From assembly GCF_947495255.1 (NCBI RefSeq), contig NZ_CANLYI010000001.1, forward strand, positions 550,044 to 614,043: a stretch of DNA of 64,000 nt. The letters run 5' to 3'. Numbering within the stretch: position 1 is the first letter of the stretch; each line of letters begins with the position of its first letter. Positions 1-11,812 of the stretch are shown in pieces. The DNA is from an uncultured Winogradskyella sp. GTDB taxonomy: Bacteria > Bacteroidota > Bacteroidia > Flavobacteriales > Flavobacteriaceae. The notes under the pieces are model-generated. The model did not search any database, was not told where the DNA came from, and saw only the letters and a list, made by a program, of their open reading frames with translations. The position numbers were made by a program, and so were the translations under genes.

Positions 1-56
1 GCTCTTAGAGTACCTAGATATAGTGATAATTCAGATTTATTTTGAAATTTTTTCAC
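1..56 (-). CDS. 5' end of a leftward gene running off the window (MKKFQNKSELSLYLGTLR...). Position and sequence are compatible with pantoate--beta-alanine ligase, but it is too short to call
   Basis: GTG at 56-54 opens a frame that stays open to base 1. A TAnnTTTG box (tatgtttg, complement of 82-89) lies about 25 nt upstream. Only 18 codons are visible. Confidence 0.3.
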   Translation of the reverse strand, partial: MKKFQNKSELSLYLGTLR

Positions 57-120
57 AGCTATAACAAAAAATTAACGCGTGCAAACATAATATAATACTC
101 GCAATCTGCCCAAAATTTTG

Positions 121-128
121 TAATTTTG
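121..128 (+). promoter_or_regulatory. Bacteroidota -7 promoter box (taattttg) for the glgA-like gene
   Basis: Exact match to TAnnTTTG, 38 nt upstream of the ATG at 167. Confidence 0.5.
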
Positions 129-166
129 CATGTTTTTTACTCTTAATTTTCAAAAGCAGCAGATTT

Positions 167-979
167 ATGAAAGATAAACGAATATTATATGTGTCCTCGG
201 AAGTAGTTCCATATTTACCTGAAACAGAGATTTCTTCAATGTCTTTTGAAGCACCTCGAATGGTGAACAAACAAGGAGGTCAGATAAGAATATTTATGCC
301 TCGCTTTGGTAACATTAACGAAAGGAGACACCAATTACATGAGGTTATTAGACTTTCTGGTATCAACCTAGTAATTAATGACTTAGATATGCCGCTAATA
401 ATTAAAGTGGCATCAATACCAAAAGAACGTATTCAGGTTTACTTTATTGATAATGAAGATTATTTTAAAAGAAAAGCAACCTTAACAGATGAGGATGGTA
501 AATTATTTTCAGATAACGATGAACGTGCAATTTTCTTTGCTAAAGGCGTAATTGAAACGGTTAAAAAATTGAATTGGGCTCCTGATATCATTCATGTTAA
601 CGGATGGTTAGCTTCTCTACTGCCATTATACTTAAAAGAATTTTATAAAACAGAGCCTTTATTCACTGAAAGTAAAATTGTAACCTCTGTATACAATCAA
701 AGTTTTGATGGCGCGTTAGATAATAGTATGCTTGCCAAAGTTAGCTTTGACGGAATTGATACTGAAGCAACAAAACTTTTAGAGCAGCCAGATTATAACA
801 ATTTAATGAAGATTGCAATTGATAATTCTGACGCTATAATTAGAGGATCTGAAGAATTACCAGCAGAACTAGATACTTATTTAAACGATTTAACTAAACC
901 TGTATTAGACTACTATTCAATTGAAGAATTTGCAGATCCATATACCGAGTTTTATACCAATACTGTACTTAACAGTTAA
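167..979 (+). CDS. Short glycogen/starch synthase-like protein (N-terminal GT5-type domain only)
   Basis: 270-aa ORF. MKDKRILYVSSEVVPY... and ...IHVNGW resemble the N-terminal half of GlgA-type synthases. The glgA-like/DUF4270/glmS neighbourhood is typical of Bacteroidota. Confidence 0.6.
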   Translation: MKDKRILYVSSEVVPYLPETEISSMSFEAPRMVNKQGGQIRIFMPRFGNINERRHQLHEVIRLSGINLVINDLDMPLIIKVASIPKERIQVYFIDNEDYFKRKATLTDEDGKLFSDNDERAIFFAKGVIETVKKLNWAPDIIHVNGWLASLLPLYLKEFYKTEPLFTESKIVTSVYNQSFDGALDNSMLAKVSFDGIDTEATKLLEQPDYNNLMKIAIDNSDAIIRGSEELPAELDTYLNDLTKPVLDYYSIEEFADPYTEFYTNTVLNS

Positions 980-987
980 TAAATTTT

Positions 988-2682
988 ATGAAAAAAAATA
1001 AATTTGCCCTTCAAATCTTAGGATTTGGACTAGTTATAACGAGTTTTATTGCATGCAGCAATGATTTTTCTACAATTGAATCGGATGTTGTAAATTCTAA
1101 TAACGCTACAAGTTTTAGAATTGAGTCTAACCCTGAAGATATTATCACATATACAAAGCCTGTAGGACCTGTACAGTCTAATGAATTTGGATTAAATTTA
1201 AGTACTTTAGGAATTTATGATGATGTTTATGGAAGAACCACAGCTGGTTTTGTTACACAATTAGCGCCTAGTACCATTAATCCAGTTTTTGGTGATAACG
1301 TGACAATAGATTCCGTTGTAGTTACTATTCCTTTTTTTAGTACAGCATCTGAGTTTGATGAAGATGGCAATATCATTTATGATGTGGATTCAATTTTACC
1401 AAAGTCAGATGATTACAAAAGTTTAAAATTAAGAATCTTTGAAAACAAGTATTTCATTAGAGACTTTAATCCAGATGGTGATTTTAATGAAAGTCAAGAT
1501 TACTACTCAAATAAAACAGCTTCTACTTCTGAAGATATTACAAATTTAGAAGGTGAAGAACTTACTTTTATAGATTATGATGATGAAACCGGATTAATTG
1601 CAACTCCTATAAGCAACATTATTGATATTAATAACAACGGTTATCAATTAAAAGATGTTAACAACCTAGATGATGATGGAAACAAAACATTATTAGAATC
1701 ACAATCTCCTGGTATCAGAATTCAATTAGACCCTACATTTTGGCAAAATAAGATAATTGATAAAGAAGGTGATGCCGTTTTAAGTAGCCAAAATAATTTT
1801 GCAGAATACTTTAGAGGGCTATATTTTAAGGCAGAACCTAATGATGATGATGATGGTAGTTTTCTTCTTCTAAATACAGGTAACACAAATGCAAATATTA
1901 CCATTTATTACAAAAACACTACTGAAGTAGATGAAGTAGAAAGCACAACCACAGGTACTTACGCCCTTAATTTTGGCCCAAATAAAGTAAACTTTTTTGA
2001 CAATGAGTTCACACTACCTATTGATGAAGGGAACTCAGAGACAGGAGACAGTAAGATTTACTTAAAAGGAGGTGAAGGTTCAGTAGCAGCAATCAAGTTA
2101 TTTGATGGTTTCTACGATGAAGATGCAGGTATTACTAATTTTGAACATTTCAGAAGTCAATTTGTTAATCTAGTAGATGGTGAGTTTGAAAGTTCTAGAC
2201 GTTTAGTTAATGAGGCTAACCTTGTTTTTTACGTAGACCAAAATTCCATGCAAGATAACGAGCCTAATCGCCTCTTTTTGTATGACATAGATAATAACCT
2301 ACCGTTGGTAGATTATTATTTAGACGGTACCAATAATAGTTTACCTTCGTTTTCAATAATAAACCATCTTGGACCATTAGAACGTGTAGATGAAGACGAC
2401 CCAACAAGTACTGGTGTTAAATACAAATTTAAAATTACAGAACATATTAATAATTTATTAATAAGGGATTCTACCAATATAGAACTTGGTTTAGCTGTTT
2501 CTTTAAACGTTAACATAGAAGAAACAAGCACACAACGTAAAGTGCAAACCAATACGGATATTGATTTTAAAGTACCTGCAAGTTCAACTGTTTCACCAAG
2601 AGGTGTTATTTTACATGGTAATAATACCAATGACCAAAGTAAAAAAGTATATTTAGAAATATATTATACAGAACCAAATTAA
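988..2682 (+). CDS. DUF4270-like lipoprotein
   Basis: 564 aa with a lipoprotein signal ending ...ITSFIAC. No catalytic motifs seen. Size and position between the glgA-like gene and glmS fit DUF4270. Confidence 0.55.
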   Translation: MKKNKFALQILGFGLVITSFIACSNDFSTIESDVVNSNNATSFRIESNPEDIITYTKPVGPVQSNEFGLNLSTLGIYDDVYGRTTAGFVTQLAPSTINPVFGDNVTIDSVVVTIPFFSTASEFDEDGNIIYDVDSILPKSDDYKSLKLRIFENKYFIRDFNPDGDFNESQDYYSNKTASTSEDITNLEGEELTFIDYDDETGLIATPISNIIDINNNGYQLKDVNNLDDDGNKTLLESQSPGIRIQLDPTFWQNKIIDKEGDAVLSSQNNFAEYFRGLYFKAEPNDDDDGSFLLLNTGNTNANITIYYKNTTEVDEVESTTTGTYALNFGPNKVNFFDNEFTLPIDEGNSETGDSKIYLKGGEGSVAAIKLFDGFYDEDAGITNFEHFRSQFVNLVDGEFESSRRLVNEANLVFYVDQNSMQDNEPNRLFLYDIDNNLPLVDYYLDGTNNSLPSFSIINHLGPLERVDEDDPTSTGVKYKFKITEHINNLLIRDSTNIELGLAVSLNVNIEETSTQRKVQTNTDIDFKVPASSTVSPRGVILHGNNTNDQSKKVYLEIYYTEPN

Positions 2683-2696
2683 TTAAAAAATAACCT

Positions 2697-4544
2697 ATGT
2701 GTGGAATTGTCGGATATATTGGCCATCGAGAGGCTTATCCTATTATTATTAAAGGACTTCAAAGATTAGAATACCGTGGCTATGACAGTGCTGGTATTGC
2801 TCTATATGATGGTGAGTCCATTAAGCTTTCTAAAACTAAAGGAAAAGTTGCAGACTTAAAAGAAAAATTAGAAAACGAAATTTCTACTACTGGAACTTTA
2901 GGTATAGGGCACACACGTTGGGCTACACATGGTGTTCCTAATGATGTTAACTCACATCCACATTACTCTAATTCTGGTGATTTAGTAATTATTCATAATG
3001 GAATTATTGAAAATTATGATTCATTAAAAAAAGAATTAATAAATCGTGGATACACCTTCAAATCTGATACTGATACTGAAGTATTAATCAATCTAATTGA
3101 GGATGTAAAAAAGAACGAAAATATTAAACTTGGAAAAGCTGTTCAAATAGCTTTAAACCAAGTGGTAGGAGCATATGCAATTGCTGTTTTTGACAAGAAC
3201 AAACCAAATGAAATTGTAGTCGCTAAACTTGGTAGCCCTTTAGCTATAGGTATTGGTGACGATGAATACTTCATTGCAAGTGACGCTTCTCCATTTATTG
3301 AATACACAAAAAATGCTATTTATCTTGAAGATGAAGAAATGGCTATCCTTAGAAGAGGAAAAGATATAAAAATTAGAAAAATTAAGAATGATGCTTTGGT
3401 AGATCCATATGTGCAGGAGCTTCAACTTAACTTAGAACAAATAGAAAAAGGTGGCTATGATCACTTTATGTTAAAAGAGATTTATGAGCAACCTAGTGCT
3501 ATTTTAGACACTTTTAGAGGTCGTTTATTAAGCAATGAAGCTATAATTAAAATGGCTGGTATTGAAGATAACATGAAAAGATTCTTAGCAGCCGATAGAA
3601 TAATTATTGTTGCTTGCGGAACTTCATGGCATGCAGGATTAGTTGCTGAATATATTTTTGAAGATTTAGCTAGAATTCCTGTAGAAGTAGAATATGCTTC
3701 AGAATTTAGATACAGAAATCCTGTCATCACTGAAAAAGATATTGTTATCGCAATTTCGCAATCTGGGGAAACGGCAGATACATTAGCAGCAATAAAATTA
3801 GCAAAATCTAAAGGCGCATTTGTTTTTGGTGTTTGTAATGTAGTGGGATCTTCAATTGCAAGAGAATCAAATGCAGGAGCATATACACATGCTGGTCCAG
3901 AAATTGGAGTAGCTTCAACCAAAGCATTTACAACACAAATTACTGTTTTAACCTTAATGGCATTACGTTTAGCAAGAGCTAAAGGAACAATGTCTAGCTC
4001 AGAATTTAGACATCATCTAATTGAGTTAGAAACTATTCCAGGTAAAGTTGAAGAAGCTTTACAATCTGATGCTTATGTAAAAACTGTGGCTGATATATAT
4101 AAAGACGCAACAAACTTTTTGTATTTAGGTCGTGGATTCAATTTCCCTGTGGCTTTAGAAGGCGCTTTAAAATTAAAGGAGATTTCTTATATTCATGCAG
4201 AAGGTTATCCAGCTGCAGAAATGAAGCATGGTCCTATAGCTTTAATCGATGAGCAAATGCCAATTGTTGTTATTGCAACTAAAAAAGGCCATTACGAAAA
4301 AGTAGTTAGTAACATCCAAGAAATTAAATCTAGAAAAGGTAAAATTATTGGTATTGTTACAAAAGGTGATGTTAGTGTTAAAGAATTAGCTGACCACGTT
4401 ATTGAGGTTCCAGAAACTTTAGAGTCTCTTACTCCTTTATTAACTACTATTCCATTACAATTATTATCTTATCACATTGCTGTGATGTTAGATAAAAATG
4501 TAGATCAACCTAGAAATTTAGCAAAATCCGTAACTGTGGAATAA
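2697..4544 (+). CDS. glmS: Glutamine--fructose-6-phosphate aminotransferase
   Basis: 615 aa. N-terminal MCGIVGY (Ntn Cys), two SIS-type halves, C-terminal ...AKSVTVE. Confidence 0.97.
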   Translation: MCGIVGYIGHREAYPIIIKGLQRLEYRGYDSAGIALYDGESIKLSKTKGKVADLKEKLENEISTTGTLGIGHTRWATHGVPNDVNSHPHYSNSGDLVIIHNGIIENYDSLKKELINRGYTFKSDTDTEVLINLIEDVKKNENIKLGKAVQIALNQVVGAYAIAVFDKNKPNEIVVAKLGSPLAIGIGDDEYFIASDASPFIEYTKNAIYLEDEEMAILRRGKDIKIRKIKNDALVDPYVQELQLNLEQIEKGGYDHFMLKEIYEQPSAILDTFRGRLLSNEAIIKMAGIEDNMKRFLAADRIIIVACGTSWHAGLVAEYIFEDLARIPVEVEYASEFRYRNPVITEKDIVIAISQSGETADTLAAIKLAKSKGAFVFGVCNVVGSSIARESNAGAYTHAGPEIGVASTKAFTTQITVLTLMALRLARAKGTMSSSEFRHHLIELETIPGKVEEALQSDAYVKTVADIYKDATNFLYLGRGFNFPVALEGALKLKEISYIHAEGYPAAEMKHGPIALIDEQMPIVVIATKKGHYEKVVSNIQEIKSRKGKIIGIVTKGDVSVKELADHVIEVPETLESLTPLLTTIPLQLLSYHIAVMLDKNVDQPRNLAKSVTVE

Positions 4545-4571
4545 CAAAATCCATTATTTACAGAATATTAT

Positions 4572-4617
4572 AACGCCTTAAGATTGAGAATTTATCAATT
4601 TTAAGGCGTTTATTTTT
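4572..4617 (+). terminator. Rho-independent terminator after glmS
   Basis: Perfect 10-bp stem aacgccttaa (4572-4581) / ttaaggcgtt (4601-4610), followed by tattttt. Confidence 0.75.
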
Positions 4618-4717
4618 GTAAATTTTATTATGCACGCATACTTTTTTACACATTTCTTACCAAATTCTCATATATTTAATTAAATTGCCAATCTAATAAA
4701 TTAACTAATAATCTAAA

Positions 4718-7450
4718 ATGAAGACAATTTTAAAGCTTTTCACAATGCTTTTTTGCGTGGTATCTTTTGCACAAACCACAGTAAAAGGTAAAATTATTGA
4801 CAATACAGGACTTCCTTTACCTGGAGCAAATATTGTAGTAGTTGGTACCAGTTCTGGAACCATAACAGATTTTGACGGAAACTTTACCTTAACGGTAACC
4901 CAAGAACCGCCATTTTCAATCCAAATAAGTTATGCCGGATTTGAAACACAAACAATTGAAGTAACCACTAATAATCAAACTGTAGATGTAACCTTAGCAG
5001 AAGGGAATTCTCTTGATGAGGTTATTATTTCTGCATCACGTACACCAGAGCGAATCTTTGAATCTCCGGTTACAGTAGAGCGTTTTGGTCTAAAAGAAAT
5101 AAAAAACACAGCATCAGCAGACTTTTATGGTGGTTTAGAAAACCTAAAAGGTGTTGACGTTAACACTAGTAGTTTAACGTTTAAATCTGTTAACACAAGA
5201 GGATTCGCTACTACAGCTAATACGCGTTTTATGCAACTCGTTGATGGAATGGACAATTCAACTCCTGCCTTAAATTTCCCTATAGGAAACTTGGTTGGTA
5301 TGATTGAAACAGATGTACAAAGTGTAGAATTACTACCAGGAGCATCATCTGCTCTTTATGGTGCAAATGCATTTAACGGTATATTATTTATGCAAAGTAA
5401 AAGTCCATTTGACCACCAAGGTATAAGCGCTTTTGTAAAAAGAGGTATTACTTCTCAAAAGGCTGCAGGAGATAATGACTATACTGATTTGGGTATAAGA
5501 ATGGCTTACAAATTCAGTGATAAATTCGCAGCAAAAGTAAACTTTGGCTATTTACATGGAACAGATTGGGCAGCAACTAGTGAAGTAGACAGTGATGTAT
5601 TTGGAGGTACAAGAGCGTCTAACTTAAACTATAATGGTATCAATGTCTACGGTGATGAAGTTTCTGCTAACTTAAATGATTTAGCAGGTGGCACTGGTAT
5701 TGTACCAGACGTTTTTGTAAGTAGAACAGGTTATAACGAACGTGATTTAACAGAACATAAAGCTGAAAGTGTTAAAGCTGATTGGGGATTATACTACCGT
5801 CCAATAACTGACAGTAATTTCGAAATACAGTATGTTGGTAAAGTAGGTACAGGTACAACAATCTACCAAGGTACTAACAGGTATAATATTGATGGTTTTT
5901 TCCAACAACAACATAAATTAGAAATCAAAAATGATAATTACTTTTTAAGAGGTTATGTCGTTGCAGATAATGCTGGTGATTCTTACGATATGGTATTTAC
6001 AGGAATTAACATTAACAGATCTTGGAAAAGTGATGAAGCTTGGTTTGGGGACTATATCAATACATACGTAGCTGCAACTCTTGGTGGTGGTGCTACAGAT
6101 GAACAAGCACATGCTGCTGCAAGAGCTGCTGCAGAAAGTGGAAGATTTGAGCCAGGTTCTGAAGAGTTTAATAGTGCTTTTGACAGAATTATTAAGGATC
6201 CTGACTTAGCAACTGGATCTAGATTTCAAGATCAGTCTAAATATTATCATGCAGATGGTAACTATAACTTTAGCCACTTAATAGATTTTGTAGATATTCA
6301 AGTTGGTGGATCTTTCAGACAATATGATTTAAATTCTTTAGGGTCAATTTATACAGATATCGATGGCCCAATAAAATACAGTGAATATGGATTTTATACA
6401 CAACTTCAGAAAAATGTAGAATTAAGCGACATGATGGCGTTAAAAGTTACAGCTTCTGCTCGTTATGATAAATCAGAATTTTTTGATGGTTTTGTATCAC
6501 CAAGACTTTCTTTAGGTTTAACTCTAAATGAAAACCATAATATTAGAGCTTCAGCTCAAACAGGATTTAGAAACCCTACAACACAAGATTTATTTATAGG
6601 ATTAGATGCTGGTAGAGCAATATTAGTAGGTTCTGCTCCAGATAATTTAGACAGATACTCAAGAGACTATACTGCCAATAACGGAATGGTATATACTCAA
6701 ACTGGTGCTGCTGCCTACAACAATTCTTATACAGCATCTTCTGTGCAACAATTAGCTGCAACAGGTGACCCTACTGTTTTAGAAATTGCTAACCCAAATC
6801 TTGTATCACCTGAAAAGGTAACTTCTTTTGAAGTTGGATATAGAGGTAAGTTTAATAAACTTACTGTAGATTTTAGTACATACTATAACAAATACCAAGA
6901 TTTCATTTCTTCAGAAGTAGTTATTGCACCTTTATATGGTTCTGTAGCAGACGGTTCAGCAATTGCTGCAATTGCAAACAGTGATTTCACAACTTATAGT
7001 ACTTACACTAATTCTGATGTAGACGTAAATTCATACGGTGCCTCAATTGGTTTATCTACGAAAATATTAAGTGATTTCGATTTAGGAGGAAGTTACACGT
7101 TTACAAAACAAGATTTTGATCAGGCAGCAAACCCTAATTTCGAAACTTATTTTAATACACCAGAGCACAAATTCAAAGCACACTTTGGAAACACTGAGTT
7201 ATTTAAAAACTTTGGTTTTAATGTTGCCTACAAGTTTAGCGATGATTATTTCTGGGAAGCAACCTTTGGAGATGGTATTGTGCCAGAATTCCATACGTTT
7301 GATGCACAGATTAATTACAAAATTCCAAGTTTAAAATCTATTATTAAAATAGGTGGAACAAACATTGGAGGTAAAGAATACTTTACAATTTTTGGTTCTG
7401 GTTATATCGGCTCAATGTATTACGCTTCTTGGACAATTAATAACTTATAA
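4718..7450 (+). CDS. TonB-dependent outer-membrane receptor with N-terminal carboxypeptidase-regulatory-like domain
   Basis: 910 aa. Signal peptide, TVKGKIID...GANIVVVGT...TDFDGNF motif, plug region (...NLKGVDVN...LVDGMDN...), aromatic C-terminus ...WTINNL. Confidence 0.9.
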   Translation: MKTILKLFTMLFCVVSFAQTTVKGKIIDNTGLPLPGANIVVVGTSSGTITDFDGNFTLTVTQEPPFSIQISYAGFETQTIEVTTNNQTVDVTLAEGNSLDEVIISASRTPERIFESPVTVERFGLKEIKNTASADFYGGLENLKGVDVNTSSLTFKSVNTRGFATTANTRFMQLVDGMDNSTPALNFPIGNLVGMIETDVQSVELLPGASSALYGANAFNGILFMQSKSPFDHQGISAFVKRGITSQKAAGDNDYTDLGIRMAYKFSDKFAAKVNFGYLHGTDWAATSEVDSDVFGGTRASNLNYNGINVYGDEVSANLNDLAGGTGIVPDVFVSRTGYNERDLTEHKAESVKADWGLYYRPITDSNFEIQYVGKVGTGTTIYQGTNRYNIDGFFQQQHKLEIKNDNYFLRGYVVADNAGDSYDMVFTGININRSWKSDEAWFGDYINTYVAATLGGGATDEQAHAAARAAAESGRFEPGSEEFNSAFDRIIKDPDLATGSRFQDQSKYYHADGNYNFSHLIDFVDIQVGGSFRQYDLNSLGSIYTDIDGPIKYSEYGFYTQLQKNVELSDMMALKVTASARYDKSEFFDGFVSPRLSLGLTLNENHNIRASAQTGFRNPTTQDLFIGLDAGRAILVGSAPDNLDRYSRDYTANNGMVYTQTGAAAYNNSYTASSVQQLAATGDPTVLEIANPNLVSPEKVTSFEVGYRGKFNKLTVDFSTYYNKYQDFISSEVVIAPLYGSVADGSAIAAIANSDFTTYSTYTNSDVDVNSYGASIGLSTKILSDFDLGGSYTFTKQDFDQAANPNFETYFNTPEHKFKAHFGNTELFKNFGFNVAYKFSDDYFWEATFGDGIVPEFHTFDAQINYKIPSLKSIIKIGGTNIGGKEYFTIFGSGYIGSMYYASWTINNL

Positions 7451-7461
7451 AAAATAGCACA

Positions 7462-8955
7462 ATGAAAAATATAAAATATATATTACTATCAGCTGTCCTA
7501 GTAGGTTTTACAGCATGTAATGATGAAGCAGATTTTGAAGACCAATTAGATAATCCCACAGTAGAGGTTGTATTACCAGAATTAACTGCAGGTGACGCTG
7601 ATTTTTCAAAGTATATTGCTGTAGGTGCATCCTTCTCAGGAGGATTTACGGATAATGCATTATTTATTTCAGGTCAAGAAAATTCTTTTCCAAATTTATT
7701 ATCTCAAAAATTTGCTTTATTAGGTGGTGGTGATTTTACACAACCATTAATGAATGATAATATTGGCGGTTTTGTATTAGGAACAACAGTGGTTTCAAAT
7801 CCTAGATTATACTTCAATGGTAGTGGGCCAGCAGTTTTACCTGCAACGCCTACAACTCAAATAACAGATGTATTAACAGGAGATTTTAATAATTATGGTA
7901 TTCCTGGTGCAAAAAGTTTTCATCTAGGTATTGCTGGTTACGGAACTTTAAATCCTTATTTTGGAAGGATGGCTTCCTCTCCTGGTGCAACCATTTTAGG
8001 AGATGCTGTGGCTCAAAATCCAACATTCTTTACATTATCTGAAATAGGTGGAAATGATGTTTTATCATATGCTACTTCTGGTGGTGTAGGTGTTGATCAA
8101 ACAGGAAACTTTGACCCAACCACTTATGGTACAAACGATATTACAGATCCTAATGTATTTGCTGCATCATTTAATGCAAGTGTAGATGCCTTAACAGCAA
8201 ATGGAGCAAAAGGCGTTGTTGCCAACCTTCCTTATATTACATCACTAGCACATTTTACAACTGTACCTTATAACCCAGTTCCCTTAGATGCTGCAACAGC
8301 AGCTGCACTAAACCAAGGTTATGCAGCTTACAACGGAGGACTACAACAAGCTTTCGCTGCTTTAGATGGTACTGGTTTATTTACTGCAGAAGAACTTGCA
8401 CAAAGAACTATCAGTTTTTCTGAAAGTGCAACTAATGCTTTAGTAATTATAGATGAAACCTTGACTGATTTAGGAGCTATAAATCCTGCTTTTGCTGGAA
8501 TTCCTCAATACAGACAGGCAACTGCTGATGATTTATTTGTACTTCCCCTGAGTTCATTAATACCTCAAGGCTATGGAACTCAAATCCCATTAGAAGATAA
8601 ATGGGCTTTAATTCCTAGCGAACAATTAGCATTACAAACGGCTACTGATGCTTACAATGCAACTATTGAAGCTGTAGCTGCAAGTAAAGGTCTTGCTTTA
8701 GTAGATTTTAAATCTATTTTACAACAAGCATCAACTACTGGCTTCCAATCCGGAAACTTTATTCTTACTACAGATTTAGTAACAGGAGGATTAGTTAGTT
8801 TAGATGGTGTTCATTTAACATCTAGAGGTTATGCTTTAATGGCTAACGAAATGATGAAAGCAATCGACTTAACTTATGGTTCTAATTTTGAAGCTTCAGG
8901 TAATTTAATTGATGCTGGAGAGTATCCAACAAATTACCCTCCAACATTACAGTAA
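7462..8955 (+). CDS. SGNH/GDSL-hydrolase-fold lipoprotein
   Basis: 497 aa. Lipobox LVGFTAC. SGNH-like blocks VGASFSGGF, EIGGNDV and DGVHLTSRGY. Begins 11 nt after the receptor stop. Confidence 0.65.
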   Translation: MKNIKYILLSAVLVGFTACNDEADFEDQLDNPTVEVVLPELTAGDADFSKYIAVGASFSGGFTDNALFISGQENSFPNLLSQKFALLGGGDFTQPLMNDNIGGFVLGTTVVSNPRLYFNGSGPAVLPATPTTQITDVLTGDFNNYGIPGAKSFHLGIAGYGTLNPYFGRMASSPGATILGDAVAQNPTFFTLSEIGGNDVLSYATSGGVGVDQTGNFDPTTYGTNDITDPNVFAASFNASVDALTANGAKGVVANLPYITSLAHFTTVPYNPVPLDAATAAALNQGYAAYNGGLQQAFAALDGTGLFTAEELAQRTISFSESATNALVIIDETLTDLGAINPAFAGIPQYRQATADDLFVLPLSSLIPQGYGTQIPLEDKWALIPSEQLALQTATDAYNATIEAVAASKGLALVDFKSILQQASTTGFQSGNFILTTDLVTGGLVSLDGVHLTSRGYALMANEMMKAIDLTYGSNFEASGNLIDAGEYPTNYPPTLQ

Positions 8956-8977
8956 ATTCAGAATAAATATATTTATA

Positions 8978-9006
8978 AAAACGCTCTCAAATTGGGAGCG
9001 TTTTCT
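8978..9006 (+). terminator. Rho-independent terminator after the SGNH lipoprotein gene
   Basis: 11-bp stem aaaacgctctc / gggagcgtttt (one G-U pair), 5-nt loop, T-rich 3' side. Confidence 0.6.
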
Positions 9007-9054
9007 ATGCTTAAAAAAGCCGAAATTTTGATGTGGTATTTAAATTAAAACTCC

Positions 9055-9062
9055 TATCTTTG
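9055..9062 (+). promoter_or_regulatory. -7 promoter box (tatctttg) for atpD
   Basis: Exact TAnnTTTG, 62 nt upstream of the atpD ATG. Confidence 0.45.
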
Positions 9063-9121
9063 CAGCGCGAAAAACGAACTGTTTTTTCATATTTAAACTA
9101 TTGCAAAACAAAAACATATAA

Positions 9122-10633
<1,512 letters not shown>

Positions 10634-10656
10634 TAACTGCATAAAGCATTAAAACT

Positions 10657-10932
10657 ATGTACTTAGAAATTGTATCACCAGAAGCCACATTATTTAGCGG
10701 AGAAGTTACTTCAGTAACTGTTCCTGGAGTAAATGGTGAGTTTGAAATGTTAACCAATCACGCACCTATTGTCTCTATTCTTAAAGAAGGACATGTAAAA
10801 GTTGCTGGTAACGTTCAATTAGAAGAGGAAGTTGAAGCAAAATTCACTAAATCTGATAAAGGCGTTTGGCTAGCAATCAATTCTGGAACACTAGAAATGA
10901 AAGATAATAAGCTAATTATTTTAGCAGATTAA
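10657..10932 (+). CDS. atpC: F0F1 ATP synthase subunit epsilon
   Basis: 91 aa immediately after atpD. MYLEIVSPE...LFSGEV... is a typical epsilon N-terminal beta-sandwich. Confidence 0.9.
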   Translation: MYLEIVSPEATLFSGEVTSVTVPGVNGEFEMLTNHAPIVSILKEGHVKVAGNVQLEEEVEAKFTKSDKGVWLAINSGTLEMKDNKLIILAD

Positions 10933-10954
10933 TTCAATCATTATATAAAATATA

Positions 10955-10990
10955 AAAGCGCGAAATGTTTCATTTCGCGCTTTTTTTTTA
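10955..10990. terminator. Bidirectional terminator between atpC and the LexA-like gene
   Basis: Perfect 9-bp GC-rich stem gcgcgaaat (10958-10966) / atttcgcgc (10972-10980), flanked by an A-run upstream and a T9 run downstream. Confidence 0.8.
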
Positions 10991-11007
10991 TGCCTTATAG
11001 TAAAATA

Positions 11008-11775
11008 TTACATTCTTTTTACAGCTTCTAATTCTACTTTCAATTCTTGAAACAACATCATAATACTGCTTAATTTCAATTCCTTTTCATCGTATTCTTG
11101 GGTATTAATACAACATGTAAATTCCCAAATCTCTAAAATATTTTCACGAGGAATCAAATAAGGTTGATACGTTTTATTATCTGAGCTTAATAATAAGCTT
11201 GAAGTATCTCCTTCTGGAATATAAACACGTTTATAAACCAAACCATCATCCTTAGTTAATATAATATACGTGCGTCCATTTTTAATATCTCCAATATCAT
11301 CTACAAACTTTGCCACTATAAAAGCGCCATCTTTCACTGGTAACATAGAATCACCTTTAATAGGAAACGCTCTATGTGTACCTGTTGGTAAAAATGGTAA
11401 TTTAATCTTTTGAAGTTGCTCTATATATTCTGGATCATCATAACCAGACAAATAACCTGCAGATGCTTTTGCTGGTATAATTTCAATTAAATCCTCATTA
11501 TCTTCATTTACCGTTACAGGAAATAATACACGCTTATTCCCTACCTCTATAAACGACGTGTCTTTGGCTTTACGTAAATCGTTTTTAACCAAAATATCAA
11601 TAGGAATATCAAAGAAGTTAGACAAGTCTATTAACCGGTCTATTGGTGGCTCAGAACGTCCTTCTTCATAAGAACCCACAACAGAGCGTGTCCAGTTAAG
11701 TTCGTCCGCAAAACGCTCTTGAGACAGCTTCTTTAGCGTGCGTAAATGTTTTATGTTAGCCTGAATTGGTTTCAT
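11008..11775 (-). CDS. Non-canonical LexA-like SOS repressor (XRE/CI-type HTH + S24 peptidase)
   Basis: 255 aa. N-terminal HTH (LKKLSQERFADELNWTRSVVGSYEEG), Ala-Gly cleavage site (AKASAGY), Ser nucleophile in KGDSMLP, Lys in LVYKRV. Divergent from dnaE2. Confidence 0.8.
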   Translation of the reverse strand: MKPIQANIKHLRTLKKLSQERFADELNWTRSVVGSYEEGRSEPPIDRLIDLSNFFDIPIDILVKNDLRKAKDTSFIEVGNKRVLFPVTVNEDNEDLIEIIPAKASAGYLSGYDDPEYIEQLQKIKLPFLPTGTHRAFPIKGDSMLPVKDGAFIVAKFVDDIGDIKNGRTYIILTKDDGLVYKRVYIPEGDTSSLLLSSDNKTYQPYLIPRENILEIWEFTCCINTQEYDEKELKLSSIMMLFQELKVELEAVKRM

Positions 11776-11804
11776 TTAAATTTGAAATTTATTTAAGATT
11801 ACTA

Positions 11805-11812
11805 CAAATGTA
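11805..11812 (-). promoter_or_regulatory. -7 promoter box (tacatttg on the minus strand) for the LexA-like gene
   Basis: Exact TAnnTTTG 29 nt upstream of the ATG at 11775. It overlaps the first ACTACA motif copy. Confidence 0.5.

Noticed and set aside
37-270. 77-aa minus-strand ORF overlapping the start of the glgA-like gene
   Set aside because: It spans the promoter region and overlaps the 5' end of a well-supported plus-strand gene. Its composition is low-complexity and it has no motif. The GTG-initiated frame at 56-1 is a better explanation for leftward coding here.
3482-3922. Long antisense or alternate-frame ORFs inside confident genes (3482-3922, 27495-27917, 43566-43994, 46231-46608, 42383-42718, 15152-15515, 23019-23318 and others)
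   Set aside because: Each lies entirely within a gene with clear family motifs. The translations are Ser/Ile/Leu/Lys-rich and look non-protein-like. Such shadow ORFs are expected in AT-rich genomes, where the complement of codon-biased genes has few stops.
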